Below are positions 12,341 to 23,509 of a stretch of DNA of 64,000 bases, piece after piece; within the stretch, counting starts at the first letter, position 1, and each line of letters opens with the position of its first letter. Both the position numbers and the translations under genes were made by a program. The notes below the pieces were generated by a model. The model ran no database searches, was not told the origin of the DNA, and saw only the letters and a program-made list of their open reading frames with translations. The DNA comes from Octopus sinensis (taxonomy: Eukaryota), in contig NC_042998.1 of the NCBI RefSeq assembly GCF_006345805.1, positions 203,670,001 through 203,734,000 on the forward strand, read 5' to 3'.

Positions 12341-12383
12341 GCTCCGCTGATGGATGATAATAAGGTCGAAACACGTACGGAGT
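12341..12383 (+). ncRNA. Type I hammerhead ribozyme motif with an A9G change
   Basis: GCTCCG-CTGATGG-ATGATAATAAGGTC-GAAA-CACG-T-A-CGGAGT; perfect 5-bp stem I CTCCG/CGGAG, GUA site. Confidence 0.6.
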
Positions 12384-12659
12384 TGTCCCCCACACTTGTC
12401 GTAATAATTAAAATAATATTAGTCATTGATTAACACTTTTTTCCCTCGCCGTTTAATTATTTCTAATTAGCTTTTTAATGTTCCTTGTATTAAAGATGCT
12501 TACGTTAGCTCAACTCTCTCTCTCTCTCTCTATGAAATCTGTCTGTCTGTCAATACACATATACATACATGCATACATACACACACACACGCATACATAC
12601 ATACATACATACATACATACAAACATACATACACATACAAATGTATATATGTGTGTATG

Positions 12660-13057
12660 AGTTGTGCACGCATGTGTATATGCGAGAAAGGGAGAGAGAG
12701 AGGGGGAGAGAGAAAGAAGAAGAGAGAGAAAGAGAGAAGAGAAAGAGAGAAAAAGAGAAGAGAGTGAGAGAAAGAAAGAGAGAAAGAAAGAAATAGAGAA
12801 AGAGTGAGAAAGAGAGAAGAGAGAGAGAGAAAGAGAGAGAAAGAAAGACAGAGAGAGAGAGAGGAAAGGAGAGAGTGAGAAAGAGAGAGAGAGAGTGGGG
12901 AAGAAAGAGAGAATGACATTTAAGACCTGAAACAAAAATGAAAACGTGACAAACGGAGAAAGGAGAGAAAGGAGGAGAGAAAAGAAGCAGACGATAGGAA
13001 TATAAAACACACACACACACACACACACCACACGCACACACACACACGCACACACAC

Positions 13058-13098
<41 letters not shown>

Positions 13099-13240
13099 CA
13101 CACACACACACGCACACACACACACACACACGCACACACACACACGCACACACACACACAAACACACACACACACCACACACACACACGCACACACACAC
13201 ACACACGCACACACGCACACACACACACACACACACATGA
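12660..13240. repeat. Compound (GA)n-rich and (CA)n microsatellite
   Basis: Read directly from the sequence. Confidence 0.95.
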
Positions 13241-13519
13241 AAAGATAATGGTAGTTAGAAGCTAATTAAATTCGTTTCAACCGTTGAGGAAAAACAGGAA
13301 GTTGAATTTCACGATTTGTCAGTCGATGATGTCACTTCCGTTTGAGACGCCCCCTGGCGGAGAGATTCAGTGTCTTCCTGTACACCACCCTAAAGGGATT
13401 TGTTACTGACATGTTTTACTATATCAACTTATTTACTATAATTTGCCTGATTTGGTTGCTAAGGTAACGGTTTCAATATTATTAAGAAGTGTTTGGCGTT
13501 GATTTTATTGGTGTTTAAT

Positions 13520-13523
13520 TTTT

Positions 13524-13556
<33 letters not shown>

Positions 13557-13754
13557 ATAGTGGTCGTAGTAGTAGTAGTAGTAGCTGTAATAGTAGTAAT
13601 AGGTGTTGTAGTAGTAGTAGTAATAGTAGTAGTAGTAGTTGTAGTAGTAGTAGTAGTAGTAGTAGTAGTAACAGTGGTCGTAGTAGTAGTAGTAATAGCT
13701 GTAATAGTAGTAATAGGTGTTGTAGTAGTAGTAGTAATAGTAGTAGTAGTAGTT

Positions 13755-13812
<58 letters not shown>

Positions 13813-13850
13813 CTGTAGTAGTAGTAGTAGTTGTTGTTGGTGGTGGTTAT
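13520..13850. repeat. (TAG)n microsatellite with an internal higher-order duplication
   Basis: The same series of interruptions (AGTGGTCGT..AGCTGTAATAGTAGTAATAGGTGTTGT) occurs twice. Confidence 0.9.
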
Positions 13851-13855
13851 TGTTG

Positions 13856-14052
13856 TTAAGAAACAAGACGGGTAAGGGTGATTAGGTGATGGTCTAGGGC
13901 TTAGGGGCGGGAGACCCCAGACCTTGGAAAAAAAAAACTTTGGTCGTCTTGTTGTAGTCGAGGGCTCTTCGTTGACACCCGACACCACTGGGAGGTGGCC
14001 CTCGAAGTCGCTGGAAATGGAGATCTCCAGGTCCAAATTCTTGAACGGCTGT
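13856..14052 (-). mobile_element. Fragment of the element at 26361-27790, inverted copy
   Basis: About 200 bp match the reverse complement of 26727-26925 (AACAGCCGTTCAAGAATTTGG.CCTGGAGATCTCCA.TTCCAGCGACTTCGAGGGCCACCTC). Confidence 0.8.
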
Positions 14053-14714
14053 TGTTGTTGGTGGTGGTAGTGGTGGTGGTGTAGTTGCTATTGTTGGTGG
14101 TGGTGGTAGTGGTGGTATTGTGTTTATTTAAAGCAGATTCTTTAATTTGTTGGTATCTCCCCTCTTGTGTTAATCAAAGTATACTGTATCCCATATGTAT
14201 ACTAAAGCCGGCTTTACCAATCAGTTTCACACAGGGTATCAAAACAAGATACTAGATAACAGCATGGTTACTGTTCTGATGAGCCCGCGGTATTACTTAA
14301 CCGTGCAATTATCTAACATCCAGCTTTAATACCTAATGTGAAAGCAATTTGTAAGATCCCATAATTTATCTGTAATACTGTACGCTTTGATTAATAAACC
14401 CCATCTATTGACATATATGAATGCATATTTTTATGGATTCTTAGATGATTACCCTCTTTCTTCAATATATGTAGTGTAACTAAATTAATGTCTGCCTCTA
14501 ACCAAGCCTCCAAAAATTCACCACACGCACATATACAGGTACTAACACACTTGTATATACACATACGCACATATATACACATACACACACATATATATAC
14601 ACACACAGACACACACACAAATATAGACACACATAGATTCAAAATAAAGAACTTTCTCTTCTCAATTCAACTCCATATTTTTTTGAAATTAATTCACATA
14701 TATACAAATGGCAT

Positions 14715-14760
14715 ATCATTCCTGATGAATCTCTGAAACGAGACGAAAGCGCTAAATAAT
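14715..14760 (+). ncRNA. Degenerate type I hammerhead motif
   Basis: CTGATGA-ATCTC-TGAAAC-GAGAC-GAAA-GCGC-T-A; palindromic stem III AGCGCT; stem I and the 10.1-11.1 pair are eroded. Confidence 0.5.
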
Positions 14761-14984
14761 AGTCATCCAAAATTCTTACTACCTCTTTTTTCTTAATACA
14801 CACACACACACACACACATACACACACATACACACACACGCACACATACACACACACACGCACACATACACATACACACACACGCATACACACGCACACA
14901 TGCATGCACACAATGTCTACCACTGCGAAGCAGACACGGCCGAGTGAAATAAGATTCTAATATTCGTTTCAAATTTTGGCGCAA

Positions 14985-15156
14985 GGCCAGCAATTTCGGA
15001 GAGGAGGTAAGTCAATTACATCGACCCCAATGCATAACTGGTACTTATTTTATCGATCTTAGAAGGATGAAAGGTAAAGTTGGACTCGGTGGAATTTGAA
15101 CGCAGAACGTAAATTTTGCCCGGCGTGCTTAACGCTTCTGCCAACTCGCCGCCTTA
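14985..15156 (-). mobile_element. SINE family D (GGCGGCGAG.TGGCAGAA head)
   Basis: Matches 50738-50972, 60790-61078 and 63609-63840. Confidence 0.8.
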
Positions 15157-15719
15157 AACAAAATTCTAAAAATGGCACAAAAAAGAAAAAACAAACAAGT
15201 AATTTTAAAATCTTCAACACACACCCACCACGACCATCACCACTGACTCACTTCACCTGTTTTAGAATCCAGGTATGTGTGTTCGGATGATTCAACAAAG
15301 AGATTTTAATAGAATTTGCCAGAAACTGCAAGACACTGTAATGGCGACGAGGAGAGGTTAATGTTTTGATTCACTTTTCTTGTTTTTTTTCTATTTCTTT
15401 GCTGTATTAATTACTATTCTTCAATGAACGTCTCTCCCCCACCAACACCTCGTCTCGACGGTTATTCATTAGAATTCAATTTCGATTTAATAACCCATTC
15501 ATTACACACTCCACGCCTCATTCCTTCTTATCATTCTTCCCCTCTCTATGTCGCTCCCACTGATTTCCTTCCCATTCTCACTCACTTATTTCGTTGCCGT
15601 AATTCATCACTCACTCACTCACTCACTCACTTACTCCTTCTCGCACTCACTCATTCACTCACTCACTCACTCACTCATTCACTATCTATCTGTCTGTCCG
15701 TCTGTCTGTCTATCTATCT

Positions 15720-16712
15720 CAGCTTTCGTTTGACTCCTAGGGACAATTTCAAACCTATTTACATTTCTATTTTCTTCGGTTTCTTTGCCATATTTCTAAA
15801 CAAACATGGCTGAGCGAAACCACGAGGCTGACTTCCCGCCTCTACCAATGTTAGAGGCGAAGGAAGCTGAAGGCAAAGCCGTTCCACGTGAACACACACA
15901 GGCCTTAGAAGGCACGAATGCTTCTGCTACTATAACCACTGCCTCCACCACTGCTACCACCACCACCACCACCACCACAACCAACACGAATACTGATAAC
16001 AATTTTGCCGCGGCTTTGAAGCCCCATAAAAATTTTAAATAATGCATTTTTCCAAAGAAGAATTACTTGCCTGCAAAGAAATGTTTACAAAAAATGTTGT
16101 CACCATTCAATTACCGACACCTGAAAACATCACAAAAAATATCTAAAAAAAAAAACCCCAAAAAAACAATCATTTACAAGACACTCAACCCGAAAACAAA
16201 AGTACATGAAAGAGCCACTCAGGAAAATGTGGAAAAAATGTTTAAGGCCGATATGGGACTTTAAAGACTACATAACGAGGGGAAACGGGTTTGCGATGAT
16301 CGAAGTAAGATTCGACAGCGAAGAGCGAGCCAAGGACCTCTCCACAAGGCCCTTTCAACATGAAAATCTCCTCATGATCCCTATATATCTTGGTCGTAGG
16401 GTCACAAAAATAAAATAAAAAATGTGCCCCCTGAAATTGAAATAAAATGGCTCGTGTCTGCCATTTGCAATGACATCGAGGACGAAATCCATATATTGGA
16501 AATCGCTGTCCAAGACTAGCAAAACTGGATTGACCAGGGAGTAGAAATATTTGCTCAAATCGATCCAGCAAATTTTGAAAAAATTCCCCACCGAATCCAA
16601 TTAACAGAGGATTCGAGCTTGCATGTAGCCGTCGAAGGCAGAAAGCCAAGTTGCTACGTTTGTGGTAGCAAAGCACATTTAAAAACTAAATGCCCACTAG
16701 CACAGTAACAAC
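15720..16712 (+). mobile_element. Degenerate gag-like ORF1 of a non-LTR retrotransposon, with a CCHC knuckle
   Basis: ATG at 15806; fragments IEVRFDSEERAKDL..PIYLGRRVTKIK, IKNVPPEIEIKWL and HVAVEGRKPSCYVCGSKAHLKTKC (C-X2-C-X4-H-X4-C at about 16652-16693); several frameshifts and stops; no ORF2 seen downstream. Confidence 0.7.
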
Positions 16713-16919
16713 AGCAACGACAACGACAACAACAAGACTATGAAAAACAACAACCACAAGAAAACCATAAACCGAGCAAAAAAAAACAGCACTACTACCC
16801 ACACCGCCATATGCACAACTAATTAAGCAGCTCTATATACACATGAAGGAACATGTTAGCCAAACCAAACAACACCACCATTTTACTGGTAGTTTACAGG
16901 CGTAAAATTGCGAAATTGA

Positions 16920-18575
16920 AAATAATACTTGCATATGTCTTGCAAACAACTTGCACATGCAAGTGCTAAGAGTCAAAAAGTCCACATACCGGAAGTTAGC
17001 AAGTATATGGGGTCATCAGGAGAGAATGCGCACCGTTTCGGGGCCTACCTTTCGACGGCATCAATGCGCATCGGCCCCCTCTCACAGATATGAGGCCCCG
17101 CTTGCTAGATCAGCTGGTTATCAAATAAAGCTCAATATTCTTCTAGCCATCGCTCATCGTCTCTTTTTAACCAACTCCACTAGCTATCCTTCTCCACGGT
17201 AGTTTAGATATCGGTCATGGTGGTATTGACTTTACGAGTTAGGCCTAACGATAATAACAATCGTCTCACACTGTGTCCAACGAACCCTTTACATCCAACT
17301 TCGATTGGAAAATGCTCCGCTTTCCAGCCTGCTTCTTCACATTTCTAAGGGAGGTTTACATAACTGTCAATCTTTCGAACCCGAGCGGCGTCCATGTTAT
17401 CTTCATGAGGAACTGTTAACTCGACTAGATTTGCAACTTTCCTTCTTTCACACCACATCAAAATGTTTGGTTTTTTCGTAACTGGGACGGGAAAGAATCC
17501 CTGACACCCAGGTAAATCTGCAGTCACCTCCCAATAGCCGTTCCACTTTTCATCTCTCACAGGAAGTTTCTTGATCTTCTTCATGAAACGGATCCGCTGA
17601 CCTGATCGCACGAAGGTAACGAAATCTCTAGATGGTACTTTTAACGGTTTTTTCTCAGTGTTGTTGAGATGAATTTGGTTCTTTATAGCATTGAAGATAA
17701 CCTTAAGGACCAAATTGTGTCTCCATGTATACCTGTTCAATGCTAAGGAACAGTTAGAAAGAATATATTTCAGTGTACCGACCCTTCCACATTTGCAGAT
17801 ATCATTCTCTGAGATGTTCCCTCTTACTAGATTCGTAGGTGATGGCAAAACATCATAAGATGAACGAATCAGGAAACTCAGCCGAGATGTCGTCCACTTC
17901 CATATCTCATCCCAACTTATTTTCCTCTCAACAACATGTTCTTCCCATCTCGTCATCTGTCCTTGATGAAAACATCGGATCAAATGAAGCCCTCTTCTCT
18001 CTGCTTCCCTCGTTTTGACGCTGTTGCTTACAACAGATCTGCGTTCACTCCGCATCATACTTGCAAAGGGTCTGAACTGATCTGCGCCAAAACCAAGTCC
18101 TTTCCGATGGTTCTGCATTGCTCCCACCATATCTCTGTGTATAAGAGAAGACAAGATGTCGTCAGTCTCTGCTTCTGCTTTCCACTTCTTGGCTGTTTTC
18201 ACCTCTGGTGGGTTACGTCTGATTTCCATATCCTTCGATTCTCTCAGCATTATCACCGTCCGTATCTTCCCTAGTTTATATATTTCGACTATTGACGCTA
18301 GTGGTAGCTGCAACGAACCTCTTTTACGATAAAGAGCCGACTGTTCAACATCCGAGGGAGGCCTAGCCACTTTCTAATGAACACATTACATTTTTGTTCG
18401 ATGATCTGAACTCGTGATAAGGCCACATCGTATATTAAAAGTGGCCACGCAAGTCGCGGGAACAAGCCGAACTGCAAGCACCAAATCTTATAGTTACCTG
18501 GTAACTTCGTATCAATCGCTGATAATCCAGCCTCGGCCTGTTTCATAATTTCCATCCCGCGACTTCTGTCTGACG
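16920..18575 (-). mobile_element. 5'-truncated HERO/R2-superfamily non-LTR retrotransposon (RT end, zinc knuckle, restriction-like endonuclease, 3' UTR)
   Basis: GLSAIDTKLPGNYKIWCLQFGLFPRLAWPLLIY (18298-18555); LSFLIRSSYDVLPSPTNL, RYTWRHNLVL and KPNILMW..LVELTVPHEDNMDAARVRK (17345-18370); then GWKAEHFPIEVGCKGF after a frameshift. Confidence 0.85.
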
Positions 18576-18902
18576 ATGTTTTATGGAAAGAAATCCCATA
18601 AAACTCAACAATTTAGTTTAAAATGGAGAAGAGAAGATGTTAAAGTATATAAGAGAATTTTAATTCATGCAGACGATCGTTTCATGCTGAGATAAATAGA
18701 TCTGTCATTTTAATGAATTTTAAATACCTTTTTCTGATGATACCTGAAAAGAAACAGCAATTTTAGCCAAAGATATTAAGCAGCACTAATAATAAATAAA
18801 TAAATAAAACATAAAAATAAACACGCTTTTGACGGTTTTATAGATACTTAAAAATTATGATTCTATGATGCTAGGTGTTTCCATTATTTTGTCCAACCCC
18901 TG
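18576..18902. mobile_element. Tc1/mariner-type transposon end remnant
   Basis: TIR-like CAGGGGTTGGACAAAATAATGGAAACACC on the minus strand (18874-18902), followed by TA; no partner TIR seen. Confidence 0.55.
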
Positions 18903-18922
18903 TATAAATATATATATATATT

Positions 18923-19310
18923 TGTTCTTTTCCTTTTATTTGTTTTAGACATTTGACTGCGGCCATGCTGGAGCACTGCCGATAGTTGAACCCAGGACTT
19001 ATTCTTTGTAAGCCTAGTATTTATTCTGTCGGTTCCTTTTGCCGGAACGCTAAGTTGCAGGGACGTAATCACACCAGCATCGATTGTCAAACGATGGTGA
19101 GGGGGGCGAACAGACACACACACACACACATGCATATATATATGCATTTACACGACGAGCGTCTTTCAGTTTCCGTCTACCAAATCCACTCACAATACTT
19201 TAGTCAGCCTGAGGCTACAGTAGAAGACATCTGCTCAAGGTGCCACGCAGTTAGATTGAACCCGGAACCGCGTGGTTGTGAAGCAAGCTTCTTACCACAC
19301 AGCCATTCCC
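18923..19310 (-). mobile_element. SINE family A, full length
   Basis: Aligns by eye to 9518-9924. Confidence 0.9.
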
Positions 19311-19350
19311 GCGCTGCTTCCGTTTAACTTTCTTTGTCATATATAAGTGA

Positions 19351-19726
19351 CTAGCAGTATCGCCCGGCGTTGCTCGGGTTTGTAAGGGAAATAACTATAT
19401 AAGCATTTTTAGAGATAATATAATAGCCATCTCAATATGGCTAACCACAAAGGGGGTGGGGTGTTACTGTAGCTTTCTACGTTCTGAGATTTAATAATAC
19501 ATTTTTAGAGAGTTACTTCCCTTATATATGCCAAAAATGCATTAAAAATGGGAAAAATTGATGGTAAATTTTTTTTTAAATCGTAGACTAATACTCAGAA
19601 GGGCTCGATATGAATCACAACTATAAGATATCCGGTTTTGGTTAAACTGCACCGCAAAATGTGGGAGTAGTTAGGAATCTAAATCGTAGGAGACAGACAG
19701 CACAGCCTCACTTTTATATATATAGA
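19351..19726 (-). mobile_element. Non-autonomous Helitron
   Basis: Minus strand A|TCTATATATATAAAAG ... CCCGAGCAACGCCGGG-CGATACTG-CTAG|T. Confidence 0.8.
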
Positions 19727-20197
19727 TATACAAAAGTCTTTCTTCAAATGTGTGAGTTTGTGTGTAGTTATGCATGTTTATCTTTTGGCACATTATTAGA
19801 AGCTCGGCTTTAGTCAGAATCTGCCGTTTATATTCCATATTTGACGATTTATCTAAGGTGAGCCACCATAGGAATAAAATTCAAATTTACGACCATCTGA
19901 CACTACAGAAATAACCATAATTACAGAGTTTGTAATTATGTAAACATAAAACTAAGAACCTATTTACGTTTTAAATCTTTTAATTAAGCCATCTTCTGGA
20001 GTATTGAATTAGGTGTAGACGGAGGCAACCGTGTCTTTGAAGAAAACTAAATATATATTACATCTACTTGTCGCTCTGTTAAATCACTATAATAACCGAT
20101 TCGGTGAGAATAAATATCAACTAATTATTTAAGTCTTGTCGGTGTTAAACCATGCGATTTTGTTTTTTTAAATTAAGAGAAGAGAAGCGGTGCACTT

Positions 20198-20199
<2 letters not shown>

Positions 20200-20277
<78 letters not shown>

Positions 20278-20293
20278 TAGACAGATAGATAGA

Positions 20294-20326
<33 letters not shown>

Positions 20327-20334
20327 CATGTAGG

Positions 20335-20422
<88 letters not shown>

Positions 20423-20460
20423 AGATAGAGAGTTAGATAGAGAAGTACATAGATAGACAG
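20200..20460. repeat. (TA)n then (GATA)n microsatellite
   Basis: Read directly from the sequence. Confidence 0.95.
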
Positions 20461-21299
20461 ACAGATAGACAGAAAATATCTATCTATCTATCTGTCTATT
20501 TGTCTGTGTGTCTGTCTATCTATCTATCGGTCAGTCTGTGTGTTTTTCTGTGTCTGTGTGTCTATCAATGAGCGTACGTATATAGGTATGCACACACGCA
20601 CTCACATACAGGTGCGTGTAGGTGAGAGAGTGTGTGTGTCAGTGTGTGTGTATATGTGCTAGCGTGTTTGTGTGTGCGTGTGTTTGTGTGTGTATGTGTG
20701 TGTGTGTGTATGTGTGTGTGTGTATGTGTGTGTGCGCGTGTGTTTGTGTGTGTATGTGTGTGTGTGTGTGTGCGTGTGTGTGTGTGTTTGTGTGTACATG
20801 TGCTAGCGTGTTTGCGTGTGCGTGTGTTTGTGTGTGTTTGTGTATGTGTGTGTGTGTGTGTAGGACTAAAGCACCGGAAACGATTGAAAACGCGTCTGAT
20901 TGAAACGTCTTGGAGAAGAAAGAATGAGGGAAAAGGAGGTTAATGGTTTGCCATTCTCTTGTTCCTCCCACCAATAAACATATCGCAGACATTTGCATAG
21001 ATTTCTGCCAATTCCTTGCTCTTCAGATGCCACTTGGAGAGTGGAGAGATTGCCAGCTCTTTGTTCCGTTGTGTATGGCAAGCTTTTACAACCTGGATTC
21101 TTCAAGTGTTCTCGAACCAATGCCTCACCTCATCTGATTACTGCTGCTGCTGCTTATTTTCTCCTCCTTTTTCCCCTCTCTTTCCTCCTCCTTGTTTTCT
21201 GAAGAAAAAGGAAATTAGAGCAACAACAACAACAACAACAACAACAGCTGTAATTACGGTGGCATTTAATATGCCACCCTTTACATTCCTGGAGTCGAA

Positions 21300-21660
21300 A
21301 AAAGAGGAGGAAAGGAAGGAGGAGGGAATGAAGAAGAAGAAGGAGAAGAAGAAGGAGAAGAAGAAGAAGAAGAAGAAGAAAGAGAAGAAGAAGAAGAAGA
21401 AGAAGAAGAAGAAGAAGAAGGAGAAGAAGACGAAGAAGAAGAAGATAAAAGATAAGAAGGAGAAGAAGAAGAAGAAGAAGAAGAAAGAGAAGAAGAAGAA
21501 GAAGAAGGAGAAGAAGGAGAAGAAGACAAAGAAGAAGAAGATAAAGAAGAAGAAGAAGAAGAAGAAGAAGAAGAAGAAGAAGAAGAAGAAGAAGAAGAAG
21601 AAGAAGAAGAAGCAGAAGAGGAAGAAGAAGAAGAAGGAGGAGGAGAAGAAGAAGAATGTA
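21300..21660. repeat. (AAG)n microsatellite
   Basis: Read directly; explains the poly-K, poly-F and poly-S ORFs. Confidence 0.95.
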
Positions 21661-21809
21661 AAGGGCGGAATGTTAAATATAATTATTGTGGTTCTTGTAA
21701 TTTTAGTTTCTCCTTCGAAGAATCTGAAGAATAAAAAGAATATCTCAGAATATCTCCCAAACAAGGTATAATAATAATAATAATGATAATAATAATGATA
21801 ATAATAATG

Positions 21810-21874
<65 letters not shown>

Positions 21875-21877
<3 letters not shown>

Positions 21878-22430
21878 TGCCCTGATGCAGTACCGGGCAG
21901 TGGCTCTCATGGCTTCTGATCTTAACTGATTGGAAGTGTTATCATGTACATTGTTTTGTCTTGGTATAAAAGATGGGTTTCAGCAAATATTCTGCTCAAT
22001 ACCACAGATTTGCTTGTCAGTTCTTTGACCGTAACCAGTTGAGCATGACCCTTAGTGGCTGACGATATGTGCATCTCTGATCACGAGCAGGAGTAGTGGG
22101 GGAGCATCATAGCCATGTGTTGAGAGGGATTCTTTGGGGTTTAAATAATTCACCTCAGGAAACATGGGTGTCTCATTCAACATCCTTAAACAACATTTAT
22201 TCAGGGACCTTTTGAGCGGGATGGGTTACTCGACCAGAAGATAATTCTAACTGGGCCCCACCTACAAGGTCATGCGCTGTTTATCTTGTTATGAGATTAC
22301 CATGTTGCGTACATATGGTTGTGATGCATGTGCCTGGTGTACCCTTATCAGACGGGTAGTCATGATGGGTATACTGGGCTTCGTATATTTGTACCCCAGT
22401 GTCACTTTGATGGCATACACTGCTCTCTCA
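21875..22430 (-). mobile_element. Non-coding retroelement remnant embedded in (TAA)n, possibly an R4/Dong-type 3' UTR
   Basis: About 550 bp of complex sequence with (TAA)n arrays on both sides; family and strand are inferred. Confidence 0.4.
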
Positions 22431-22448
22431 CTCAACAACAACAACAAC

Positions 22449-22500
<52 letters not shown>

Positions 22501-23509
22501 TTTTCTTGTAAGAATTGACTAAATAAACGAGAAAATAAATAAAAGATTAAAAAAAAGCAGGGGAGGAAAAGAGAATGGAAAACTATGAAAGGAAAATAAG
22601 AAGAAAGAAAATAAAAAAAGATGGAAGAAAGAAAGAAAGAAGGAAGGAAGGAAGGAAAAAGGAAAAAGAAAAGAAGGGAATGGTGCTTCTTTCGATATTC
22701 AATTATAAAAAGAAGCAACATTTTTAAAGAATTTCTTTTCGATAATTTTGTAAACTGAATTTTATTTGGTAATTAATCATGCCTGATTCTCTTGAAGAAG
22801 ATTTTTAGAGAATATTGCCACGTCTTTTGGAAATAACAGCCAGAATTGGAACAAGAGCGTTTTTAGGATGAGCAGTGAGGAAGAATAAAAATTGCCGAGG
22901 AGAAGCACTTACCATTTTCAGAAAACAAATTATAACATTTTTATTTATTTGTTTATTTGTTTATTTATTTATTTTATTGATGGGTTACTGATCTGTCTAT
23001 TTATCGATCTATCTATTTTTAATTAGTGTTCGGAAGTAATATTTTGCTACCGTGGGTCATATCGGGAAATATGTCATACAGACAAGAATTACAATTTAAT
23101 TTTCGTTAAATCTCCCGGTTTTTACACAAACCAATGAAACGAATTCTAACTTTCAAAAGAAAATATTTATTTTCTTAAAATATAATTTCAATACTTTCTC
23201 TTTCGTGCAACTCCTTCCATACTCAATCGTCTCCTTCCTCCTCCTCCTCCTCCTCTGACACTACGATTTTTTCTCTCTCACCGTGTGTATGTAACATTCA
23301 CTTACTCATTGCCTGCCACCGAACCTTGTATGTGCACTCATCTTGCACCTCACGTTAACTTTCTCTTCTCTCTCACTTTTACTGGCTCTCACCTTCTCTC
23401 TACACAATAGGAATCGTAACTGGAAAAACCAACCAACCAACAATAATTGTATCGGCTATTATTAGAGTGATTCTTTTATCTATTTATTTATACATTTACT
23501 CCAAGTCTT

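Noticed and set aside
14270-14325. CTGATGA followed by a GCGGT/ACCGT stem
   Set aside because: No GAAA after stem II.
17008-17050. Canonical type II hammerhead (GAAAC ... CTGATGA)
   Set aside because: The stem II strands are CCCC versus CCCC and cannot pair; kept only as a structured 3' UTR finding.
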